Source: an uncultured Planctomycetota bacterium (GTDB lineage: Bacteria > Planctomycetota > Planctomycetia > Isosphaerales > Isosphaeraceae). Taken from it: a stretch of 64,000 bases of DNA. Under the pieces are notes generated by a model. The model saw only the letters and a program-made list of their open reading frames with translations. It was not told where the DNA came from and ran no database searches. The position numbers and the translations under genes were made by a program. Location of the stretch: contig CAWGMQ010000003.1 in NCBI GenBank assembly GCA_963823665.1, positions 128,001 through 192,000 on the forward strand, in the 5' to 3' direction. Below, piece by piece: positions 20,749 to 35,503 of this stretch; within the stretch, counting starts at the first letter, position 1, and each line of letters starts with the position of its first letter.

Positions 20749-20905
20749 GAGAGAGATACAAGAATTTCTCGCGTGGATTACCATAAATTACCAAATATTA
20801 CCATGGGTGAAACACTTTCGATGAGGCCGAAAACCCAAGTCGCCTTTGGTGTTACGGAGGGCGTCGTGCTCGTAGAGTGCGTGTGAGACCATCAACCCGG
20901 AGCTT
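20749..20905 (+). repeat. Non-coding repeat family B (inverted copy 44225-44383)
   Basis: CAAGAATTTCTCGCGTGGATTACCA...TTACCAAAT..TTACCA...GATGAGG.CGAAAA.CCAAGTCGCCTTTGGTGTTACGGAGGG in both copies. Confidence 0.85.
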
Positions 20906-20952
20906 CGCCGTCGTGCGAAGGCTATTTTCATTTTGCACGGGCGTGGCGAAAT

Positions 20953-21010
20953 CGTCGGGCTAAAGCCTGACCTACAACTGGGGGAATCGTCAGGCTGAAT
21001 CCTGACCTAC
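20953..21010 (-). repeat. Pair of GTAG-type REP sequences (second pair at 47642-47692, + strand)
   Basis: GTAGGTCAGG-N-CCTGACG short palindromes. Confidence 0.75.
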
Positions 21011-21464
21011 ACTAGCGCCGGGTCGTTCCCTTAATGCTTACAGGCAAAGAAGCATCGTCAAAGTTACAAAACGAACGAACGGTCATGTCTAGAGGGGCGT
21101 CACCCAGCCCGATGAAAATGCGTGAATGCACGATCCAGCCGCGGGAGCTCAATTTTCAGAGTAACTGTTGGGCGATCGACGGAGGGCGAATGGGTTGAAT
21201 CGCAGGACGGAGGTCGGAGGGCGGAGGACGAGCGGCGGGGCGGCACGCGGATGTCATCGCGGAGCGCGCCGCGGAGCGGCGAGGGGGACGTTCCGACGCG
21301 GAGCATCGGAACGAGTGGAGCGCTCCGCGGGGCGCGGTGGACGGCGGTTGCCGTCCCATCCATGAGCCTGTTCCTGCGTCGGATGTCACGCTCTAGCCGA
21401 TCCCGCTCCCGAAAGGGTTACAATAGCGGATGGAGTTCTTCTCTTTCCAACCCGGAGTTGCAAC

Positions 21465-21962
21465 GTGGCCGATTCACATTCTTTCGATGTCGTCAGCGAG
21501 ATCAACCACGCCGAGATGCATAACGCAATCGTGCAGGCTCAGCATGAGATCGCGGTGAGGTTTGACTTCAAGGGAACGCGCGCTTCGATCGAATTCGATA
21601 AGAAAGAAAACACGGTCAAGCTCGAGGCCGATCACAAGGGTCAGCTTGATACCGTCGTTCAGATCGTGAAGGAAAAGATGGCGCGTCGAAGCGTGCCAGT
21701 GGGAGCACTTCGGCGCGGCAAGATCGAGGACGCCACACACGATACGGTGCGCGAGACCCTCAAACTGCACACGGGCATCGAAACCGATGACGCCCGCAAG
21801 TTGATCAAAGAGATCAAACAGCTCAAGATCAAGGTGCAGGCCCAGATCATGGAGGACAAGATCCGGGTGACGGGCAAGAAGATTGACGATCTGCAGGCGG
21901 TGATCGCGTACTTGAAAGCGCACGGGCCGGAATACCCGCTTCAGTTCGTCAACCTTGCCTGA
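21465..21962 (+). CDS. yajQ: YajQ family nucleotide-binding protein
   Basis: SFDVVSE, RFDFKG, KIRVTGKKIDDLQAVI, LQFVN. Confidence 0.95.
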   Translation: MADSHSFDVVSEINHAEMHNAIVQAQHEIAVRFDFKGTRASIEFDKKENTVKLEADHKGQLDTVVQIVKEKMARRSVPVGALRRGKIEDATHDTVRETLKLHTGIETDDARKLIKEIKQLKIKVQAQIMEDKIRVTGKKIDDLQAVIAYLKAHGPEYPLQFVNLA

Positions 21963-22124
21963 CTGACAGGATGGCGGCGATACGCACAATCTCGCGGGCT
22001 CGTCGGGCTGTGGCACTACAGAGCCGGGACTCTTTCGCCCGATTTAATAGTCACCCGGGCCGGACTGGCCGCGGGCCGCTTCGTCTACGTCGCGGGCGCC
22101 TCGAGGATCACTGGAGAGAAGAAC

Positions 22125-23310
22125 ATGGGCTTCTGGAACGGCCGAGTCACATTCACCCGGTATCGAGTCAGCGGCGATAGAGCGCTTCCGTTCGGCGAAG
22201 AACTGCTGGAGCGCACCCGGGAACATTTAATCGGTGTGCACGGTTCCACGGCGGCTGCCGATGGCGTGGCCTCGGGTTGGGCCGGCGGCGATCACGTGCT
22301 CGACCTGAATATCGAACTGGGCAAGAACATTGTGGACGACGCGCTTCACCTCGCCATGCGGATTGATACGGACAAGATTCCGTCGGCCCTGTTGCGAGCA
22401 TATACGCAGATCGAGATCGACGCGCTCGCGCAACTAAACCCAAGCGGCGTCGCGACCAAATCCCAGCGTCAAGAAGCCAAAGAGATTGCGCTCGAAGCGC
22501 GCCGAGGCCGAGGCGGCGGACGGGCGGTTTCGCCGTCTCAAGCATCAGCCTGTGCTCTGGGACGGCCGGACCAATACGCTTTATGCCGGCACGACGAGCT
22601 CTAGCGTGCTCGAGCGGCTGCAAGCGCTTTTCCGCGAGACATTTGATCGTGACCTGGAGCCGATTTCGTCGGGCAGCATCGCCCAGGCCCTTTCCGACGA
22701 TCCAAACGGAGATGCAGGGGTGCTGGCGGCAAGCTTCGAGAATGGCCGGTTCACGACCAGCATCGAAAAGGGCAGCGAGCCTTCGGTTCTGGCCTGGTCG
22801 GGCGATGACCAGACCGGCCTCGACTACCTGGGGAATGAGTTTCTGGTATGGATCTGGCATGCGCAGCAAAGCGCGGGCGGGAACATCAAGCTGGGAGACG
22901 GCTCGGATGTCAGCGTGATTCTGGCGAAGACGTTGACGCTGGATTGTCCGCTAGGTGAGACGGGTCGCGATCAGCTCGCCGACGATGCGCCCACGCGTCT
23001 GCCGGAAGCGATGCGCGCGCTTCAAGCTGGAAAGCTTCCCCGCCGGGCGGGGATGATGCTGGTGCGTCAGGGGGCGGACTATGAGCTGACGATTCAGGCC
23101 GAGAGCTTCGCGGTTTCGGGGGCTACCTTGCCCAAGCCGGAGGGCGGAAAGCTCTCGCCGCATGAATTCCGGATCGCCAGACTGGAGAGCCTGCGGCATC
23201 TGACGGAAACGCTCGACCTGCTGTTTTCGGCCTATCTCGATCGCCGGACGTCGCGGAAGTGGTCGGAAGAGCTGCGGCGCATTCGCGGGTGGTTGCACGA
23301 GGCCGCGTGA
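22125..23310 (+). CDS. RdgC-like recombination-associated protein (frameshift near 22490)
   Basis: MGFWNGRVTFTRYRV, MRIDTDKIP, YLGNEFLVWIW, EAMRALQAGKLP across ORFs 22125..22604 and 22486..23310. Confidence 0.7.
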
Positions 23311-23462
23311 AGTCGAGATGAGGGAGCGGGCTTGTCTGCTGGCCTCACGGACAAATCGATGGTGGCACGTGACGTTGGTAACAGAGTGCTCATTGAGGCA
23401 TCAGGTCGCCCAGTCTTCGATTCGCAGTCCAGGCACGCGGCCAAAATCGCGACGATTGCGGG

Positions 23463-23777
23463 TCACGACGGTTGCTCGGTCTCGCACCCATTGGAGCTTT
23501 CCAGCGTTTCCCGATCGGCGCGATATGTCTCCACTGCCGCCAACCAGGCGTCGAACAAGGGGTTTTCGGCTAATGGCAGAACCGGAATCGGCGGCCGAGG
23601 CGGATGGACGGGCCGATCGATGAGAATCGCCCCTCGCTCAAGCCGGTTCGCGATCTTTTCCTCCAGGGCACTGACAGCCTCGGCAGCGGAGACCGCTTCC
23701 GCCGACAAATCGAGCGGTCCACCCGTCGTCGCGCGAAACCCGACCCCGTTGGGTTCCACCAGAATCGAAATCGTCAT
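23463..23777 (-). CDS. Small hypothetical protein, HicB-like
   Basis: GGAGG SD; ILVEP..GFRA...LSAEA.SAAEAV pattern. Confidence 0.6.
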   Translation of the reverse strand: MTISILVEPNGVGFRATTGGPLDLSAEAVSAAEAVSALEEKIANRLERGAILIDRPVHPPRPPIPVLPLAENPLFDAWLAAVETYRADRETLESSNGCETEQPS

Positions 23778-24052
23778 GGCAACCTCCAGCGCGTATGGGC
23801 TTCGTTTACCGCTACTCTAGTCTATCAGTCAAGTCATGAGGCCGGAATCAGCCAGGGGAGAAGCAGACAGCCAAGATCCGAGGCGAGGGACGCCAGCACG
23901 GTCGCTCCGTCGGTAACGCCGTCGGACTACTGCCGCACCCACCTCGATTGACAACCGCCTTGCAAGACCGCGGTACGAAGGCAAAGCTAGGAATCCGTTT
24001 GCGTCCGGCCGAAATAGGGCATGGAGCCGAAACGGGTCATTCCGGAGCTTGC

Positions 24053-26320
24053 ATGAGCCACACGACCGCGGAATCGCTGGCGCCTGCGATGGCGGTGCCG
24101 CATTCGGCCTCGAACCGCGACCGCCTGCGCGATCTTTTTCTGATCAGCTTCTTGCTCCTTTTTCTCGAGCTCAGTTCGATTCGCTGGTTCGGCAGCACAG
24201 TCATTTTCTTGTCGTACTTTACCAATCTCGTGCTTCTGGGCTGCTTCCTCGGAATGTCGGTAGGATGCCTGGCCGCGCCCTCGCGGCGCGACTATGTCTC
24301 CTGGACGCTGCCGCTCTTGCTCCTGGGAGTGCTGCTCTCGTGGCTGACGACCGCGCTCCACGGCATCTTCGGCAAAGTGCTGATTGACGTCGGCGGCCAG
24401 GGATCGCCGCAGCAGGTCTTCTTCGGTATTCAGTATCGGGCACGCGATCCGGGCACGTTCGTCATCCCGATTGAAGCCGTGGCCGCCGTCTTTTTTTTGA
24501 TCGTCGCGCTGTCGTTCGTGGGGCTCGGCCAGGAGATGGGCCGGGTACTCTCCTCGATCCCGAATCGCCTCTGGGCGTATACCGCCAACGTGATCGGGAG
24601 CCTGGCCGGGATCGTCGTCTTCGGTCTCATGTCCGAGCTCCGCACGCCGCCGGTGGTGTGGTACGCGATATCGGCTCTGCTCGTGTTTCGGTTCCTCCGG
24701 TCGTGGTCGGCAGCTCAGATCATCTGCGCGGTCGGGCTCATCACCACGCTGGGTTTTGTCTCGTACCGCGACAGTATGAGGCTCGTGACGATCTGGTCGC
24801 CCTATTACAAGGTCTCATATAGCCCGCAGCGCGGAACGGTGGTCGCAAATGGCGTCGGCCACCAGGTGATGGCCAATATCCTCGAATCGGGTGGCGCTTA
24901 TATGCTGCCCCATTTGCTCAACCGCGACGCCGGCCGCCCGCCGTTCAGAGACGTGCTGGTGATCGGCGCCGGCACGGGCAACGACGTTGCCGCGGCCCTG
25001 GCCGTGCGAAGCCGCCACGTCGATGCGGTCGAGATCGAACCGGTCATGAGCGAGATCGGCCGGGACGACCACCCCAACGACCCCTATCATTCGCGGCGCG
25101 TCTCAATGTATCTGACAGACGGCCGCAGCTACATACGCAACGCTCGCGAGTCGTACGACCTGATTGCCTACGGCCTGGTCGATTCGCTCGTCTTGCATTC
25201 GGGCTACTCGACATTACGGCTCGAGGATTTCCTGTTCACCAAGGAGGCGTTTCACGACGTCGCAGCGAAGCTCAATCCCGACGGTGTCTTTATCCTGTAC
25301 AACTTCTACCACCGGGGCTGGATCGTGGGCCGGGTCCAGAAGATGCTCGAAGAAGTCTTCGGCACCGAACCCCTGGTGATCCCACTGCCTCATAGCGACG
25401 CGATTGCGGCGAGCGGAACGGCCGGCAGCGGCGTCACGTTCTTGATTGCCGGCAAGCCGGGCAGCAAGACGCTCGAGGCCATCCGAGGCAAATTCCGCGA
25501 GAAGTCGCGGTTCTGGCTCAGCGAGCGGCCGAGGGATAACGAGAAAATCAATGGCTACGCGCAAGAGCCGCCGCAGGTCGCCGGAGTTGCTGAAAACCGC
25601 TGGCTCATGATCGCCCCATGTCGCGTCGATGCGACGGGAGTCTCGACACTCGCCACCGACGACTGGCCCTTTTTCTACCTGCGCGACCCGATCATCCCTG
25701 CCTTGAACCTCCGCGGGATGGCGATCGTTGCCGCGCTTTCGCTCTTGCTCCTTTTCGCGTTCGCCCCGGTCCGGACACTACGCCCGAACGGGCGGATGTT
25801 CTTCTTGGGCGCCGGATTCATGTTGCTGGAGACGAAGAGCGTCGTGCACATGGCCCTCCTCTTCGGCTCGACCTGGTACGTCAACTCGATCGTTTTCGTC
25901 GCGATCCTGGTCATGATCCTTTTGAGCAACCTTTATGTGCTCGCGAACAAACCGCGCCGACTCTGGCCATGGTACGTGCTCTTGATTGCCGCACTTCTGG
26001 TCAATGCTTACGTCCCGATGAGCGCATTCTTGAGCCTGCCGGGAATCACGAAGGTGGCAGCATCATGTGGCGTCGTCTTCGTGCCAATCTTCTTCTCCGG
26101 CGTGATCTTCGCCGCAACGTTCCGTGACAGCCGGCATCCCGATGTTGATTTCGGCTCCAATATCGCAGGCGTCATCCTGGGCGGCCTGTGCGAGAATCTC
26201 TCGCTCGTCATCGGCTTTAGCCATCTGACGTTGGTGGCCGCGGCAATCTATGCGCTGTCATGGTGCCTGCGCCCGCGACTGGCGATCGGCGGCGCCCTAC
26301 CGACGGGAACAGGGGTATGA
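24053..26320 (+). CDS. Membrane protein with spermidine synthase-like SAM-binding domain
   Basis: Multiple TM helices flanking VLVIGAGTGND, VEIEP, DGR, TDDWPFFYL. Confidence 0.85.
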   Translation: MSHTTAESLAPAMAVPHSASNRDRLRDLFLISFLLLFLELSSIRWFGSTVIFLSYFTNLVLLGCFLGMSVGCLAAPSRRDYVSWTLPLLLLGVLLSWLTTALHGIFGKVLIDVGGQGSPQQVFFGIQYRARDPGTFVIPIEAVAAVFFLIVALSFVGLGQEMGRVLSSIPNRLWAYTANVIGSLAGIVVFGLMSELRTPPVVWYAISALLVFRFLRSWSAAQIICAVGLITTLGFVSYRDSMRLVTIWSPYYKVSYSPQRGTVVANGVGHQVMANILESGGAYMLPHLLNRDAGRPPFRDVLVIGAGTGNDVAAALAVRSRHVDAVEIEPVMSEIGRDDHPNDPYHSRRVSMYLTDGRSYIRNARESYDLIAYGLVDSLVLHSGYSTLRLEDFLFTKEAFHDVAAKLNPDGVFILYNFYHRGWIVGRVQKMLEEVFGTEPLVIPLPHSDAIAASGTAGSGVTFLIAGKPGSKTLEAIRGKFREKSRFWLSERPRDNEKINGYAQEPPQVAGVAENRWLMIAPCRVDATGVSTLATDDWPFFYLRDPIIPALNLRGMAIVAALSLLLLFAFAPVRTLRPNGRMFFLGAGFMLLETKSVVHMALLFGSTWYVNSIVFVAILVMILLSNLYVLANKPRRLWPWYVLLIAALLVNAYVPMSAFLSLPGITKVAASCGVVFVPIFFSGVIFAATFRDSRHPDVDFGSNIAGVILGGLCENLSLVIGFSHLTLVAAAIYALSWCLRPRLAIGGALPTGTGV

Positions 26321-26550
26321 CGAATTCATGGGCGGAACGGCGCGGTCGCGCATCGCGGATTGGTGGGGGTCCGCACGATGCCCTTGAAGCATCTCGGCGC
26401 GGCTTGCTAAGATTCTCTTCAATTCACCGGGCCGCGTCGCTTCAGGGTTAATCACCGAGGCGACGCGGCCCCGTCTACGTCCACAGGCAACTTCAGGCCG
26501 TTTGCGCTCTTGTGTCCGGCCGGAATGTCACACCGGGAAGGCTCTCCACT

Positions 26551-29790
<3,240 letters not shown>

Positions 29791-30029
29791 ACGTAGAAGC
29801 AACCTGGCGTGGAGCAAGAGACAGCGGTCCATGCAGTTCCGACGCTGCTGACGGCTGAGGAAGCGAGATATTCGATGAAATGGCGGCGCACGAATCGACG
29901 AAATCCGTATAATCGCTAGGCGGGGTTGATCGCTCGGCATCTCATGATTGCATTTCACCGCAGAAGCACGAGTGGAATCCCGGACGTTGGGTCCTGACCG
30001 CTTGAATGTCCGAGAGGGAGACTGTTTCG

Positions 30030-31167
30030 ATGCCGAGGCGATTACGAAATGTATTTCTGTCCATTATTGCGGCAGCCTTGACCGGCCTCGCGGCGCGCAG
30101 GCGCAGCAGGCTCAGACCAAAACAGCCCTGGCCGCGGCGCCGGCGGCGCGCCCGCCGGTGGCGCGGGTGGCATTCGCGGGGAGATTCAGATTCCGGGTCA
30201 AAACGACGTGCTGGCAACGGTTGTCGACGGGACCTTGACGGAGACAGTGACGAGGGGCGATCTGATCCGGTTTCTGAGCAATTATCAGATTCCCGAGGAT
30301 GAAGATCGACAGGCGATCTATGACGGGGCGATGGAGCGGCTGCTGAATACCAAGCTGCTCATGATGTTCCTCGCCCGGCAACAGATACCGGTTTCCCCGG
30401 AGAAGATCGACGAGATGGTTGAAAAGCTCAAAGCGGAACTGAAGCGAGATGGCCAGGATCTGGGGTCGGCAATCATCCAGCACAAGATTTCGATGGAGAG
30501 CATCCGCAAGGAGTATGAGAACCGGATCCGCTGGCAGGAGTATCAGAACAAGCAAGCGACCGAGGCGACCCTGCGCCGGTATGCAAGCGAGCACCGCGAT
30601 CTCTTCGCGGGAACGCAGATTCGTGCAAGCCACATCCTGATCAAGGTCGAGCCCGATGCGCCCGCGGCTGAGAAGGAGAAGGTCAAACAGAAGCTCGTCC
30701 AGATCAAGAAGGACATCCAGAGCGGAACGACCACGTTCGCCGCTGCGGCCAACAAGTTCTCGCAGGATGAAGCGAATTCAGGCGGGGCCGGCGGAGACCT
30801 GGATTATTTCACGCTTACCACTGGATACGTGGAGGAATTCACCGACGTCGCGTTCAAGCTCAAGAAAGGCGTGATTTCCGATCCCGTCGAGACTCCGTTC
30901 GGGTTCCACCTGATCATGGTGACCGACCGCAAAGAGGGTAAGCCCGTCGATTTCGCGCAGCACGAGCCTTATATCCGGACGGAGTTTGCGAACGAGCTTC
31001 AGCGAAACGTCGTCAATGCCGAACGCGGGCGTGCGAAGATCGACATCAAGCCGATGCCCAAGGATCTCTTCCCGGCTCCTGCGCCGGCTGCTCCGCCGAG
31101 CGGTAGCAGCGCTGGCGCCGGCACCCAAGCGGCGCCAAAACCCGCTGCGGCGGCGCCGAAGTTTTGA
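30030..31167 (+). CDS. Parvulin-type peptidylprolyl isomerase (SurA/PrsA-like); frameshifts in the N-terminus
   Basis: Signal peptide MPRRLRNVFLSIIAAAL; IRASHILIK, GGDLDYF, PVETPFGFHLI. Confidence 0.85.
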
Positions 31168-31173
31168 CGCGGC

Positions 31174-32144
31174 TTAGAGATCCGACAGATCGAGCTCGCC
31201 CCGATCGCGGAGGGCGACGAAGCGATGAAACGTCTCGGCGATCCCGTCGCGCAGCGATGTGCGCGGGATCGGGCCGAGCGTGGCTTCGAGGCGGCTGTCA
31301 TCGAGCGAGGGGGCGATTGGAAGCTGGCGCTGGCCGTGGCTCAGGAGCGGGCGGGCTTGCGGGACGACGTCGCAAAGCGCGCTGACAAATCGTTCGATGG
31401 GCTCAACGGCACCGCGAAGGTTAAACGCGTCGGCGCCCTGGAACGGTTGAGTGAGGGCACGGACGAAGGTCGCGGCGACGTCGGCCACGTACTGGAGGTC
31501 TTGCTGGCCGCCATAGCTGATCTGATAGGGTCGGCCGACGGCCACCGACTTGATTGCCTTGGTTGGCTCGCTGGTCATTCCGAAGTCGCGACCGACGCCG
31601 TAGACCGTCCAGGGACGCAGGCCGATGCTGGTGATGCCGTGATCGAGCCAGTAAACGCGGGCGTTCAGCTCGTTGCAAACCTTGAAAGCCCCGTAGTGCG
31701 AGAGGGGGGCCAGTCGGACGCGGTCGCCGACGGGGGCCGTGGTGTTTGGCTCGGGCGGGCCATGGACCGCGGCGGAGCTGGCATAGACGACTCTGTGGAC
31801 CTGGTCCTTGAGCGCGAGCGCCGTCTCGAATACCGCCAGGGTGCCGATCACGTTGACTTTCGCGCCGAGATCGGGTTGGCGCGGCACGCGGGAGTTTGCA
31901 GCCCGGCGAGATGAAGAATATGGCTGGCCTGGATGGAAGCGGCGGCGGCATGCAAGGCACCTGAGTCGGAGACGTCTCCTTGCAGGAAATGAACGGCCGC
32001 CCTGTGCTTCGGGTCGAGCACGAGGTCGAGGCGGTGTGTGTCTTCCTTCAGGTCGTAGATCCAAACTTGCTCGCCGGCCTCACAGAGTTGCTTGGCGATC
32101 CAGCTTCCGATGCATCCATAACCGCCTGTCATCAATACCCGCAC
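31174..32144 (-). CDS. NAD-dependent epimerase/dehydratase (frameshift near 31870)
   Basis: VLMTGGYGCIG, HLAGLQ, YASSAAVHG, YGAFK. Confidence 0.88.
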
Positions 32145-32200
32145 GTGGGGATCTCCTTGAACAAAAGCGTAAGAAAAAGCTCGCAAAACCAAGCTCGTGC

Positions 32201-32611
32201 CTACCAGCCGGAGGGTAGGCCCCATATTCCGGGGGTCACGAGCTCGACCGAGTTTCGTGCGGGATCGCGGAAATAAAGGGACTTCCCACCGCGTTCCCAG
32301 GTTTGCTCGTGCTCGATCTCCACACCATGGCGGGCGAGCCGTTGCCGCCACAGGTCGAGGTCTTCCGGCCGGACGCCGAGGGCGACGTGGCCGGGGCCGT
32401 GAGCTCCGTGGGCGGGCAGGCGATCGCCTTTGAGCGTGCTCTCCGGGTAGAAAACGAGCAGGACTTGCTGGTCGCCCACCTGGAAAAACACATGCCGGCC
32501 CGCTTCTTTTCCAAGCAGCGTCAGGCCGAGCACTTCGCTGTAGAACCGCTCGGCCGCGCCCAGGTCACTGGAATAAATCGCGGTTTCCACGATAGCACGG
32601 ATTGCGTTCAT
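32201..32611 (-). CDS. VOC/glyoxalase family protein
   Basis: ETAIYSSDL.AAERFY, GPGHVAL, SLYFRDPARNSVEL. Confidence 0.9.
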   Translation of the reverse strand: MNAIRAIVETAIYSSDLGAAERFYSEVLGLTLLGKEAGRHVFFQVGDQQVLLVFYPESTLKGDRLPAHGAHGPGHVALGVRPEDLDLWRQRLARHGVEIEHEQTWERGGKSLYFRDPARNSVELVTPGIWGLPSGW

Positions 32612-32903
32612 GGCAGAGTGATTCCAGCAGGGATGGCGCCGTTTTCCGGTTCGCGGCCGATGGGCGGGAGCTCGCCAATAATCGGCCTGCAAGTGCAAGG
32701 TGCGTCGGAAACGTCAATGACATTATCTTGACAACACGGTGCCCTGATCGTACATGATAACCACTACTCGCGACGACCGAGGGCTGCCGGCGGGGCAGTT
32801 CCTGGTATTCGTGTGCGGCGGCGACCTGCGGCCATATCCTGTTCGGGTGGGCCGTCGTTCGAGCGAGTGTTTCAACCAGAGTTTCGTCCCCGGGGAGGAC
32901 GCT

Positions 32904-33428
32904 ATCGGCCCGATTGAACGCGGTTTGAGGGTGAATGAGCAGATCCGCATCTCACCCGTGCGGGTAATCAACGCCGAAGGTGCAATGCTCGGCGTGATGC
33001 CAACGAGCAAGGCCCTTGAAGCTTCTCGCGAGGCGGGTCTTGACCTGGTGGAGGTTGCTCCCAACGAGCGTCCGCCTGTGTGCAAGATCATCGATTACGG
33101 GAAGTTCAAGTACACCCAGAAGAAGAAGCTCTCCAAGCAGAAGCAGCACCAGGTGCACGTCAAGGAGATTCGCGTGCGCCCCAAGACCGGCGATCACGAT
33201 ATCGAGGTCAAGGTGAAGCGTGCCAAGGAGTTCCTGGAGCAGAAGGACAAAGTCCTGGTGAATGTCCTGTTTCGCGGGCGCGAGCTCGCGCACATCGACG
33301 AAGGCCGCAAGGTGATGCTCGAGGTCTTGGCCGCGCTCGAGGAGTTCGGCAAGGTTGAAAAAACGCCTTCGATGGAAGGCAAGCGGATGACGGCGATCGT
33401 GGCGCCTCGAGCGGGCGGTCAGGCATGA
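32904..33428 (+). CDS. infC: Translation initiation factor IF-3 (non-AUG start, ATC 32904 or ATT 32913)
   Basis: [39 protein letters not shown] 5 nt before ATC. Confidence 0.96.
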   Translation: MGPIERGLRVNEQIRISPVRVINAEGAMLGVMPTSKALEASREAGLDLVEVAPNERPPVCKIIDYGKFKYTQKKKLSKQKQHQVHVKEIRVRPKTGDHDIEVKVKRAKEFLEQKDKVLVNVLFRGRELAHIDEGRKVMLEVLAALEEFGKVEKTPSMEGKRMTAIVAPRAGGQA

Positions 33429-33675
33429 TTCCTGGGTGTCGTGCGCGGATTCTCCGCTGCCGGCGACTGGACGAGAGCCTCCGCGGTTTGCTACAGTGAT
33501 CGGCTCGGCATCCGGGACTGCCCGAATGCGCCCGATGCCCCGGCGGCAATCGCCGGCTGGCATCACTTTGCTCGGTCATCCTGTGCGGAAGCGGGCGAGG
33601 AATCGCGGGCCTCTTGCTCACGGTTCGATAGCCGGCTCGAACTCGAATTGTTGAAATGGAGAGGAATGGGCCCTC

Positions 33676-33984
33676 ATGCCGAAGTTGAAGACACACAAAG
33701 GGATGAAGAAACGTTTCAAGGTCTCGGCGACGGGGAAGGTGAGTCACAAGCGGTGCGGATCTTCGCACTTGAACAGCCACAAGAGCGGCAAGCGCGTGCG
33801 GCGGCTTCGCAAATCGACCCAGCTCAAGGTTGCCGCTGAGAGCCGGCGGATCCGCTTCGCCTTGCTCGACCGGCAGAACGTGAATCCCGACACGGTGCAT
33901 GCCGAGAAGCTCGCGGCTGTGGCCGAGCACGCTTCAGAGGCCGGCGGCTCCGGCCCGAGTGCGACAGTTACGAAGAAGAGTTGA
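33676..33984 (+). CDS. rpmI: 50S ribosomal protein L35 with C-terminal extension
   Basis: MPKLKTHKGMKKRFKVSATGKV; operon context. Confidence 0.95.
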   Translation: MPKLKTHKGMKKRFKVSATGKVSHKRCGSSHLNSHKSGKRVRRLRKSTQLKVAAESRRIRFALLDRQNVNPDTVHAEKLAAVAEHASEAGGSGPSATVTKKS

Positions 33985-34017
33985 ACTGATTGACCACGAG
34001 AAAGAGCGAGTGGATCG

Positions 34018-34416
34018 ATGCGTACGACCAATGGACCGGCCACGAGGAAGCGAAAGAACCGGATCTTTCACCGCGCGAAGGGGTTCGTGGGTGGCAGGCG
34101 GCGATTGTTGCGGTCGGCCAAGGAAACGCTGCTCCGAGCCGGGATGTTTGCGTTCCGCGATCGCCGGGCGAAAAAGCGCGAGTTTCGCCGATTATTCATC
34201 ATCCGGCTCTCGGCCGCGGCGGAGATGCGGGGCCTGCGGTACAGCCGGCTGATCCACGGCCTCAAGATGCTCAAGATCGGGCTGGACCGCAAGAGCCTCT
34301 CGGAGCTGGCGATTCACGATCCGCAGACCTTTGACGCGATCATCACAATGGTGCGGGCCGAGAACGACAAGCACGACGCCGCGGTCCGCGAGCGCCAGAA
34401 GGCCAAACGAGCCTGA
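34018..34416 (+). CDS. rplT: 50S ribosomal protein L20
   Basis: AKGFVGGR, AFRDRRAKKREFR, LDRKSLSELAI. Confidence 0.96.
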   Translation: MRTTNGPATRKRKNRIFHRAKGFVGGRRRLLRSAKETLLRAGMFAFRDRRAKKREFRRLFIIRLSAAAEMRGLRYSRLIHGLKMLKIGLDRKSLSELAIHDPQTFDAIITMVRAENDKHDAAVRERQKAKRA

Positions 34417-34430
34417 GCGACCTACCAGCG

Positions 34431-35489
34431 ATGAGCGCGAGTGACTCTCTCTCCGATGCGCTCGAGGCTCTCGAGTCTCTCGAGCGGGCCGGCTTGGCCG
34501 CGTTCGGGACCGCAGCAGACCCAGCGGTCGTTGAAGCGGCACGGGTCGAGTTCCTGGGCCAGAAACAGGGCCGGCTCAAGGCGGCGCAGGAGCGGCTCAA
34601 ATCGCTCGAGCCGGCCCACAGGCGCGAATATGGTCAGAAGTTCAACAGCACAAAAGTCGCCCTCGAGGGGGCATGCGAGGCAGCCAGGCTGCGTCTGGAG
34701 CAGAAGCGGGCAAAGCCCGACGACGCGATCGACGTGACGCTGCCCGGCGTGCGCCCGCGGCTTGGCCACCGCCATCCGCTCACTCAAACCGCCGACGAAT
34801 TGATCGATATCTTCGGCCGTTTCGGCTTTTCGGTGGCGCGCGGCCCGGAGGTTGAAGACGTCCACCATAATTTCGACGCGCTCAACATCCCGCCGAACCA
34901 TCCCGCTCGTGATCCGCTCGACAATTTCTACCTGGCGGCGGCGAGATCGGCCGCGAGTGCCGCGGGCCGTGCCGGATCGGATCCCGGCCATTCGATGCTG
35001 CGCAGCCAGACGAGCACGGTCCAGATCCGGGTGATGGAGTCGCAGCCGCCGCCGGTGCGAGTGATCGCGATCGGGCGGGTTTATCGGCCGGATACAGTCG
35101 ACGCCACGCACTCGTTCATGTTCCATCAGATCGAAGGCTTGATGGTGGACCGCGGCGTGACCATGGCGCATCTCAAGTCGGTGCTCCGGCTGTTTGCCCA
35201 GAGCTATCTGGGGCAAGACGTGAAAATCCGCTTCCGCCCGTCGTTCTTCCCGTTCACCGAGCCCAGCGTCGAGGTGGACATGCTCTGGCACGGGGGCCAG
35301 CGCTGGGTTGAGATGGGCGGGGCAGGCATGGTCGACCCGAACGTGCTGCGATCGGTCGGTTACGACCCCGAGGAGGTCACGGGCTTCGCCTTCGGCCTGG
35401 GAATCGAGCGCCTCTGCATGCGCCGGCACAAGATCGACGACATCCGGCTGCTGTTTCAGAATGATGTGAGGTTTCTGCGGCAGTTCTGA
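34431..35489 (+). CDS. pheS: Phenylalanine-tRNA ligase alpha subunit
   Basis: NFDALNIP.NHPARD, FHQIEGL, RPSFFPFTEPS, GFAFGLGIER. Confidence 0.98.
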   Translation: MSASDSLSDALEALESLERAGLAAFGTAADPAVVEAARVEFLGQKQGRLKAAQERLKSLEPAHRREYGQKFNSTKVALEGACEAARLRLEQKRAKPDDAIDVTLPGVRPRLGHRHPLTQTADELIDIFGRFGFSVARGPEVEDVHHNFDALNIPPNHPARDPLDNFYLAAARSAASAAGRAGSDPGHSMLRSQTSTVQIRVMESQPPPVRVIAIGRVYRPDTVDATHSFMFHQIEGLMVDRGVTMAHLKSVLRLFAQSYLGQDVKIRFRPSFFPFTEPSVEVDMLWHGGQRWVEMGGAGMVDPNVLRSVGYDPEEVTGFAFGLGIERLCMRRHKIDDIRLLFQNDVRFLRQF

Positions 35490-35503
35490 CCCGATATTCG
35501 CGG

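Noticed and set aside
26428..26472. Pyrimidine attenuator upstream of carB
   Set aside because: A strong hairpin is present, but there is no U-tract or PyrR-binding consensus that I can recognise.
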